Source of the DNA: a virus
Lineage: Duplodnaviria; Caudoviricetes
Direction: 5' to 3' (one strand)
IMG/VR virus record: IMGVR_UViG_3300021255_005860
Location: 1-64,000 of that record
Length of the DNA stretch: 64,000 nt
Part shown: in pieces, positions 19,147 to 27,300 of the stretch
Position numbering within the stretch: position 1 is the first letter of the stretch
Layout: every line of letters starts with the position of its first letter
The notes under the pieces: model-generated
What the model saw: only the letters and a program-made list of their open reading frames with translations
The model's database searches: none
Told to the model about the DNA's origin: nothing
Program-made: the position numbers and the translations under genes

Positions 19147-20043
19147 ATGATCGATTATAAACTATTTGACAGCATTCTAGAATCCTGCGCTCGGGATTCT
19201 GCTGAATTTAAAATAGCTCAAACTTACGAGAGAACAGTTACCAAAGATGACTTCGTGATCTTAACTCCCGAGTATGACGAGTTACCAGGTAAATTTGAAA
19301 AGTATCAGATCGAGTTATACTTAAAGGCACATAGAAATGCTATCGCCCTGAGTGTACCTTTATGTGCACCCTTCTTATCTAGATTACGTAAAACCTCTGA
19401 GGAAGATCCTCACTTTATCGTATCTGACCTGCGTATAGTCCAATATGAGGATGAACTCTACTACCTAGAGCAACTGGGCATCTACCGTTCACGAGATATC
19501 GCTGCATCTGGAGGTGATATCGGACTACCAGTTTTACAACTGATACGTATCTGCAAATATAAAGATGTAGAACGTAAGATTGTAAGACAACTTCAAAACT
19601 ATCTATCCTTCTTACGTAGGATAAGTAGTACACTCGATATGTCATTGTGTAATCACAATGCAGATATCGTCTTTCGTGATACTGGCAGACCTTATTTTAC
19701 TGCGGTACTAAGTTCACTTAACTACTATGTTAAAAATACTGGTGTTTGGTGTATTAATTTAAATTTAGGTACTGATGATATAACTATCTACGATGGAGGT
19801 ATCGACAAAGATAACCTTCATAAGTATTTTGAATATCTCACCGTCTTTGAATACGAAGATAGATTACGTGAGATGTTTAATAGATTAGAAGATCCTGAGA
19901 TGGGTGTATCTATGCTGCAAATAGGTTATAACACTGTGGAAGGATCAGTGTTAGGTAAGTTTAAAGCGATTGTATTAAATTCCATCGATAGTTCTTACCA
20001 CCATTTAAACTTTGGTAAATTCAGAGAAGAGAATGATCAATGA
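19147..20043 (+). CDS. hypothetical protein
   Basis: AAGGAG then ATG at 19147; stop overlaps the HNH start (ATGA). Confidence 0.75.
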   Translation: MIDYKLFDSILESCARDSAEFKIAQTYERTVTKDDFVILTPEYDELPGKFEKYQIELYLKAHRNAIALSVPLCAPFLSRLRKTSEEDPHFIVSDLRIVQYEDELYYLEQLGIYRSRDIAASGGDIGLPVLQLIRICKYKDVERKIVRQLQNYLSFLRRISSTLDMSLCNHNADIVFRDTGRPYFTAVLSSLNYYVKNTGVWCINLNLGTDDITIYDGGIDKDNLHKYFEYLTVFEYEDRLREMFNRLEDPEMGVSMLQIGYNTVEGSVLGKFKAIVLNSIDSSYHHLNFGKFREENDQ

Positions 20044-20555
20044 GCGATAACTTAGGCAGGATGAAACGTATACTAGGAGCTGATGAATACTATCTATCTG
20101 ATCTAGGCAAACTCTATAGAGTACTAGACGGTAAGTTAACTGAGATATATCCAAGTTACCAAAGTGAATATCCTTACTGGCTTATCTCTTATCAAGGTAA
20201 CTTTAGAGCCTACTCTTGTCACCGTCTTATGGCTGAATATTTTCTACCTAACCCTCAAGGATACAAGGTAGTAAATCACAAGGATGGTAACAAACACAAT
20301 TTTAAACTATCTAACCTTGAGTGGTGTTCGCAAGGATACAATGTTACTCATGGCTATAGAACTGGGTTAAATCGTCACACTACCCCTAAAGTGGTAGTTG
20401 ATGCTATCATAACTGAGTTATCTTCTTATAACTTAAATGCTATGAAGAAGTATCCTTATAAACAAATAGCAGCTAAGTATAACGTATCTTATCAAACTGT
20501 ATGGAATATAGCTCATAAAGTAAGACATGCTCAATCTCTAACCTTTACTTGGTAA
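20040..20555 (+). CDS. HNH homing endonuclease with C-terminal HTH
   Basis: HRLMAEYFLPNP...VNHKDGNKHNFKLSNLEW. Confidence 0.9.
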   Translation: MSDNLGRMKRILGADEYYLSDLGKLYRVLDGKLTEIYPSYQSEYPYWLISYQGNFRAYSCHRLMAEYFLPNPQGYKVVNHKDGNKHNFKLSNLEWCSQGYNVTHGYRTGLNRHTTPKVVVDAIITELSSYNLNAMKKYPYKQIAAKYNVSYQTVWNIAHKVRHAQSLTFTW

Positions 20556-20603
20556 ATATTTAAGTATAACTACCTCTAGTACCTAGGTACTAGAGGTAGG
20601 GTA

Positions 20604-21278
20604 CTAGAACATATACTCTGAGACGATATCTTTGTAGATAGCTCTCTTTTTGATCCTTGAGACTACCGCAGTATCTACACCTGTGAGATCAGATATCTCA
20701 GCATTGGTGTGACACTCTTCACATAGATACTCGCATACCTTGCGAATAAGTTTCTCTGAATATTTACGCAAGAGCGTCTCCTTGATCTTGCGTGGACCAG
20801 TTTCTTCTTCCTGTGCCCACTCTACGTTATCTAGTGTCAGATCCCAATAGAGTCCATTCTTAAGTTTAACACATGGAAGATGATGTCTATTACGTAAGAA
20901 AGTACGTGCTAGTAGTTCTTTAACCGGCATCACGATAACTCCATCAGGAGTCTCTATATGCCAGACTACTAGATATCTTTCATTGACGATGATCGTCTCT
21001 TGGGGAATCACAGTTAAAATAGGATAATTATTTAACCCCTCTCTTGGAGGTGTTCTTTTATATAACACCCCATTACGAGTTAATAGGTAATTTGGATAAT
21101 TCTTTAAAGGTACTCTCCTTTTGTACAAGATCGCTTTTTCACGAGCTGATTTTGACATGAACATAAATATTTTTTCCTTATCTATCGTTTGATTATATTT
21201 TTCTATATCATTTTTATAGCTTGGCTTATATATGCCTTGCATCAAGATAGTGCCGTGCAAAAAACAAATATATATCAC
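20604..21278 (-). CDS. degenerate HNH-family protein with C-terminal HTH (true start probably downstream of 21278)
   Basis: VKELLARTFLRN...CVKLKNGLYWDLTLDNVEW aligns with the HNH motif but lacks the His/Asn residues. Confidence 0.65.
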   Translation of the reverse strand: MIYICFLHGTILMQGIYKPSYKNDIEKYNQTIDKEKIFMFMSKSAREKAILYKRRVPLKNYPNYLLTRNGVLYKRTPPREGLNNYPILTVIPQETIIVNERYLVVWHIETPDGVIVMPVKELLARTFLRNRHHLPCVKLKNGLYWDLTLDNVEWAQEEETGPRKIKETLLRKYSEKLIRKVCEYLCEECHTNAEISDLTGVDTAVVSRIKKRAIYKDIVSEYMF

Positions 21279-21324
21279 TACTGTGAAGGTAAGCTATAGA
21301 CCTTCATATCTTAAGGAGACAAAA

Positions 21325-21531
21325 ATGAAAAGATTCAACGACTGGTTAGTAGAAAATGAAACCAGACTATTTCGGTTTATCGTAGTAGTACTATTAATAA
21401 TCATAGCCTACTGCTCGTATAAGAGTTACAAACTCACTGAGTTGGCTATCATGAGCGATAACTACAGTGAACCTGTAGTAGTTGTTGACCCAGTAACAGG
21501 TGATATAGAGAATACTGAGCCTAAAGAATGA
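21325..21531 (+). CDS. small single-TM membrane protein
   Basis: AAGGAG RBS, TM segment FIVVVLLIIIAY; variant promoter TATATCAC at 21271. Confidence 0.7.
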   Translation: MKRFNDWLVENETRLFRFIVVVLLIIIAYCSYKSYKLTELAIMSDNYSEPVVVVDPVTGDIENTEPKE

Positions 21532-21577
21532 TACAAGTACTCCTTCCTTTTGATGGGAAGGAGTACTCTCTACTTAT

Positions 21578-22405
21578 TTATTTTTGTTCGTTAACAGCTT
21601 CTGTACGTACTGGCATCTTACCACAGCATCCTTTGCCCTCAGGACAATATCCTAATCTCTCACATTTAGATCCATGAAAGATAAATGGTATTTCTTTTTG
21701 TAAGTAGTCACGTATCTTAGTTGCTATAGTACGTATCTCTTCTTGAGCACGAGTACAACATCTCTCCTCTAGTATGTGCTGCCACTCTCTTAGGTTAGCA
21801 GTAGTTACTATTTCAGTTGTAATAGCATTAGGGAAGATCGCTCTTATATCTTCATTAGGAATACCTAACCTTCTGAAGGTTTCTACTATCTCAGGTATTC
21901 TACCTAAGTACTTACAAAAATAATCATAAGCAATAGGCTCATGTCTTATCGATGGTGGACAGATAAAATCAGGATCATCGGTTTTGATATATCGTTGGCT
22001 TGCCTGGCTGTGACTTGCAACACGGCTTCTAACCCATTGGTGTGATGCTGAACGTGACATAGTGACACGTACCGACATTGATCCGTGCTCTAGTGGTGAT
22101 TCGTGGTTCATGTGGTTAGCTATGAAAGAACACATCTGCCAGTACTCAAGATATTTATCAATATTCTCACTATCTGGCTGTACCCACTTATCCTCAGGAT
22201 GAGATCTGTTATAATACTCATAGTAGGCAGTAGCTCTAGCTATAAGTGTCATAGCTTTAGTAGGATCTATTTTAAGTTCACCTGTAGGATCCGTCTTATA
22301 ACACTGACGATAACCTAAATATATTTTACGTATCTCAGGATAGAAAGGTAATACTGTATCCTCTACTAAAAAATCTACCTGAGGTTTAAAATCAAAATTC
22401 ATCAA
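21578..22405 (-). CDS. thyX: flavin-dependent thymidylate synthase
   Basis: HESPLEH, SRSASHQWVRSRVASHSQASQRY, EDIRAIFPN, NLREWQHILEERC..RAQEEIR. Confidence 0.92.
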   Translation of the reverse strand: MMNFDFKPQVDFLVEDTVLPFYPEIRKIYLGYRQCYKTDPTGELKIDPTKAMTLIARATAYYEYYNRSHPEDKWVQPDSENIDKYLEYWQMCSFIANHMNHESPLEHGSMSVRVTMSRSASHQWVRSRVASHSQASQRYIKTDDPDFICPPSIRHEPIAYDYFCKYLGRIPEIVETFRRLGIPNEDIRAIFPNAITTEIVTTANLREWQHILEERCCTRAQEEIRTIATKIRDYLQKEIPFIFHGSKCERLGYCPEGKGCCGKMPVRTEAVNEQK

Positions 22406-22947
22406 TGCTCTCCTTCTTCAGTATTTAGTATACCGAATACTCTTTTCTTGCCATCTACATATAAATCAAAATTACGATACAAAGTAGAGTAGTTCAAAGA
22501 TATATCTTGTCCTAGTTGAATCTGAGTTCCACTATGCCCTACTATCAGTCTCTCCCAGATAGCAGGTGGGTTAACAGAATCCTTATAAGCACCATTAGCT
22601 TTAGTAGGTTTGTGTGACATTCTAACCCAATTGGTAGTAACTATCGATTTGAATTCATCAAAAGATGCAAATGGTCTTGAGCTCTCATTGTGAACAGCTT
22701 TAGCTGGAATGAACAATGTGTAAGCGTGTTTATCATCGATCATAAAACATGCGTATTTGTTGACATCCACTTTAGCTAGAACTCGTATATTTTGAATAGA
22801 GGTAGTAACCTCCACGAGCTCCTCAAAGTCATTAGCAAAGTAGCCTTCAGCTGGTAGTAAGATAGAATTCTTAACAGCCTTATCCCAAGTTAGTACATCT
22901 TCTATATTAAAATTAGTAGTCTCCATATCTCTTTCCTTATCTTTCAT
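22402..22947 (-). CDS. hypothetical protein
   Basis: 181 aa, coupled to thyX. Confidence 0.75.
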   Translation of the reverse strand: MKDKERDMETTNFNIEDVLTWDKAVKNSILLPAEGYFANDFEELVEVTTSIQNIRVLAKVDVNKYACFMIDDKHAYTLFIPAKAVHNESSRPFASFDEFKSIVTTNWVRMSHKPTKANGAYKDSVNPPAIWERLIVGHSGTQIQLGQDISLNYSTLYRNFDLYVDGKKRVFGILNTEEGEH

Positions 22948-22949
22948 TT

Positions 22950-23315
22950 TTAAATCTCATCATTAAAAGCTAGAGGTTTGTCACTTGTAAAACATCTATC
23001 AAGATCGTCACATATAGTCTTAGCTATTCTTTCAATATAAAGAGGATCGTCATTTTGGAAATCAACATCATAGACTCGTTTCCAAGCAGCGAATATATGG
23101 TCCATACGGTTATAAATAGATACCTGCACTTGACTAGGTTCTACAAAATCAAAATCTACTCGTGCCGCTGGAATAAATACGGCCTCATCTGAGTCTTTAA
23201 ATACGATATATGACAGATCTTGTACTTCATCAAATTCTTCACATTCATAATCGTTATAATAAGCCCATTGCGCAAAGTAATTTCCAATAGCTCGTAATGT
23301 AGCTTGTTTGTTCAT
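22950..23315 (-). CDS. hypothetical protein
   Basis: 121 aa, AAGGAG RBS. Confidence 0.75.
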   Translation of the reverse strand: MNKQATLRAIGNYFAQWAYYNDYECEEFDEVQDLSYIVFKDSDEAVFIPAARVDFDFVEPSQVQVSIYNRMDHIFAAWKRVYDVDFQNDDPLYIERIAKTICDDLDRCFTSDKPLAFNDEI

Positions 23316-23429
23316 ATGTGACTCCTTAAGTAAACTACTCCTAACTGACGCACTAACCCATCTTCACACAGGAACTGTATCATAGTTTAAGTTGTTCATT
23401 TCCTAGCGGCCATCAATTCATTAGTAATA

Positions 23430-23437
23430 TATATTAC
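23430..23437 (+). promoter_or_regulatory. phiKZ-type early promoter (TATATTAC)
   Basis: Exact motif upstream of ORF 23489. Confidence 0.7.
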
Positions 23438-23488
23438 TAATGTGAACTAAAGCAACGAATGGTTCGTTGCATACAAAAGGAATGTATC

Positions 23489-23752
23489 ATGAACGATATA
23501 GTTATAAGAAATACTAACGTTGCAGCTAACGAAGCGGTAATAGTTGAAACCGAAGTTATAGAAAATACCCAAACTGACGAAACATTCTCCAAGGGGTTCA
23601 ATTCAACGTTTGAAGATTTCGAAAAACACTTTGCAGAAACTGCTGCAGAAATCGAAGCCTCCAGACGTGAAATGGAAAAACGTCAGGCAACTTTTAAGGA
23701 GCGCTGGAATCGCTCCGTAGATGCCGGCTTCAATCCATTCGGCAAGATGTAA
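23489..23752 (+). CDS. hypothetical early protein
   Basis: AAGGA RBS then MNDIV; followed by a terminator hairpin. Confidence 0.7.
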   Translation: MNDIVIRNTNVAANEAVIVETEVIENTQTDETFSKGFNSTFEDFEKHFAETAAEIEASRREMEKRQATFKERWNRSVDAGFNPFGKM

Positions 23753-23795
23753 TCGATATGCCACAGGTTACCTAACAAGGTAACCTGCAGCTATT

Positions 23796-24254
23796 TTATT
23801 TTTTGTTACTATCTAAAATATAGTCAGCAAGTGAATCAGCAATCTGCTTGGCCTCAGTCCATTCAGGACGAGTTTCATAGATACTGCCAGACTGATCCTG
23901 CCAAATAATAATGCCTTCAATAGCTGGATTTTCGATAACATACATATCAGTTGATACGTATGGAGTCATCTCACGTTCACGTTTGGTATTCTCAACCACA
24001 CAACGATGACCTTTAGAAGTAACTCCAGTAAATTCATGCGATTCAAAAATGACCAAGCCATATTTTTTAAGCATAGCTTTGTAGTCTTCAGCAAAAGAAA
24101 GTTTTAATGCTTTCTCTGCTTGTTCTATATCTTTATCAGTTGCAGGTTTTAAAGGTTTTAGATCTTTAACATTTTGAAGTACACTCAATATATCGTTATC
24201 TAAACTCTCACAACCCTGAATCCATGATTCAATTCCATTTATATATGAAGTCAT
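23796..24254 (-). CDS. SMI1/KNR4 (SUKH) family protein
   Basis: PATDKDIEQAEKALKLSFAEDYKAMLKKYG ... IADSLADYI. Confidence 0.85.
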   Translation of the reverse strand: MTSYINGIESWIQGCESLDNDILSVLQNVKDLKPLKPATDKDIEQAEKALKLSFAEDYKAMLKKYGLVIFESHEFTGVTSKGHRCVVENTKREREMTPYVSTDMYVIENPAIEGIIIWQDQSGSIYETRPEWTEAKQIADSLADYILDSNKK

Positions 24255-24320
24255 ATTAACCTCTCATCGTTCAAATAAAGCTACAGATAATAAGATCCTA
24301 TTACCTGTAGCCATCTTTGT

Positions 24321-27300
24321 TTATTCCAACTTTTTATCGTTGAAGTAGTAGTCTACGATGTTCTGTTCAAGCTGTTCCATGATGCGAGATGAAACACCCA
24401 TAAACATCGGTGACATACAGACACGTCGACCTGCGGCATCGGCACTAAAGAACATGTCGATAGGTCTACCTCCCTCAGTATACTGCGGATGGTTAGCGAT
24501 ATCTGAGATAGTACACTTAAGCTGGTTGCAGACAACAACTTTGTCACCTACACGAGCTGACTCTACTTCTTGGATATAGAAGATAAGTATCACCGTATCC
24601 TCAAAGATCTTAACACCCTTGAACTTACTACCGACAGGTAGTGGAGATGGAGGTGCGAAATCACCCTGAGCTAGAGTACCTTTAGCAAATCTATTCTTAC
24701 GGATAACATCAGTTAAAGCAGTATTGACTACTTCTTGTACTGATGGATGCATCTCATTGATAGGTCCACCGTAGAAAGCTTCTATCTTAGTAATTTTACC
24801 TGAGTACTTAGCAGATGGTGTACGTCTGTTAAGATCACCTAATAAGTCTAAGGTTTCAGCATCACCTTTGAATAAATCGCCACCTGTTAGAGTAGCATCT
24901 TCTTCATAGATGAGCAGGTTATCAGTATGCTTTACTATATCACCTACTTTAGCACAGAAGTGTACTAGTGAGTTACGTTTAATAGATATAACTCTAGTAT
25001 TAGTAGGTTTAATACCAATACGATCTGCAAAATCACGAGAGATAGCCGTAGCATCTTCTAAGGTTACATCCGATTCAACCATAGCTACGGTTGCGTTAAC
25101 ACCGATGGTAAAATCTACTTGGTTATCGCGTTTGTTCTTGACAAAATAATTTTTGTCATACATCACGATATCACCTTTCTTTAATTTATCACCTATGTCA
25201 ACATTACAGATAAGATTAGATGTTACATTAACACCTTCATGCTCACTGTATTTCTCACCATAGTTGAACACATCGATAGTTCCATCTTTGTATGTAACCT
25301 CAACTAACTGAGCTTTCTTATCGATGTTAGTAACCTCACCATCTTGCTCGGCTACTCCCGCAAACTGTCTACCGCAGTACTGAGCTACAACTCTCTCATA
25401 TCCTGTATGAACACGAGAACGCTCAACTGAGTTAGTAGGTATCATGTGCGTAGATTGGATGGATTCAAAATTTAAGCGTTTTGCATCATCCTTATCGCCA
25501 AACGGGAAGAGTAAAGTATGAATGGAGAACACATCAGAAGGTTTCATATCCTTACGATCTTTCTCTACACATAATCCTTCAGTAGTGGCTATAGAAGAGT
25601 TCAGAGTTAACTGAGCATTCATACCTACTTTTTGGTTATCAGTAGTATCCATTGCCATGATACCAACACTGTCTTCAGTGAACTTACGATCTTCAACTAC
25701 GAATGACTCTGAAGTTCTACCACCAGCACCTGCGAAAGTCATAGATGCTGAGAGCTTGATATCCTGCAGAGGGTTAGCTGAAGCTGTAGGTTCCATAGAA
25801 GCATTTTGCACTATTCGTAAGTAGATAGCCTCAGGGTTGACAGTAAAGTTGTTAGACCTACCACGAGATGCCTGCCAGGCAGCTATCTGCTGAGCCATTT
25901 CGTTGTAGACGATATAATTGAACTGTTCATACCCACGGATACGATAGTTAGCCGAAGAGGCAGCAGGTCTATAGTCACGGGTAGTTAAAAGTTCACTTGC
26001 TCTTATGAAGATATCACGTACTGTAGTAGGTTCATGCATCTGTTTTAACACATTAAAGGTAATAGGATCTATAAAGAGATCATAGAAACTATCTAAACCC
26101 TTTAAGTAGTTAGGTGATTTACCCATGTCATTCATCACTGCTGTATATACCTCAGGAGAATTGAAATCGGCAAAATCATAATCTTCAGTGTTAAAACTAT
26201 CTAAGCCTGCTACTATCAGTGAGTACTTCAATGGATAACGGTTAAACCATAAGGTCTTATCTTTAAAACGTATACCGATATCATCAGGTCTTGGTACGTA
26301 TTTAGTATCAAGTGCTATATCTTCAAGTCCTGGAATGACATAACCTTCCTCTCCTGCTCTTACTTTAAAGAGATCTTTTAATATTACATCGTAACCATTT
26401 TCAACAGGTTCTAACTCGTAGGAGAAATAGATACCTTGCTGTTTTAGACTCGTATGTAATAACTCCATCTGCTCTAAAATAAACTTAGAGTGATCAAGAA
26501 CAGGATAAGATCCTGTAGGGTAAGTCTTAGATCTTAGGATACCTAAAGATACCTTAGCGCCAGATGAGAGCTTCATTATTCTCTCCTGCCAGGAAGTAAT
26601 ATCCTCAGGATTAAACAAGATCTGGATATATTCAAGTTTAGGTAGGTTACGCTCAAATACTCTAGAGAGTGCTTCTACAAAAGATACTGATAAAGATGCT
26701 ACATCAGGAGTTACTTTATAACTACCTTCAGGTAGCGTAGTTACTGCAGTACCAAAAGTATTAGCATCTTCTAACCCTGCTTTCTCAAACTTGAATTTGT
26801 GATAGTGGGGTGCTATATCACCTATATCTCTATTTCCACCTACAACGATCTCGTCGTATAGATTCTCTTCAAAAGATTCGGCATCACCTTCTAAGATATC
26901 CAAAGGTAAACCTTTGACATGCTCCAATCCTCTTATCTCTAAGCGGTTCTTAGGGTCAGCTGCGTACCGAAGTATATCTTTGATCCAGTTATTGTGCTTT
27001 ATCTCTTTTAGTACTTTAACTTTTTTGTAGCATATAACTTCAGTAGTAGATTTAGCATACTGCTTCCATCCAGCATTAGGATCTAATACGTAGGTAGACC
27101 AAGGATGTGATACTTCCTTGTAAGATATATCTTTTAAGAAAGTATAAACAAATCTAGGATTGGAACCATCTGCGCTATCTGAATATGCAGATAAGTTAGC
27201 TCTACGGTCGTCCCAGCTATCGCCGAATAGAATAGAATACGTCAGATAAGGTGAGCCGAATACTCTTCCTATATCCTTACCATCAGGAGTTTTCTCATGT

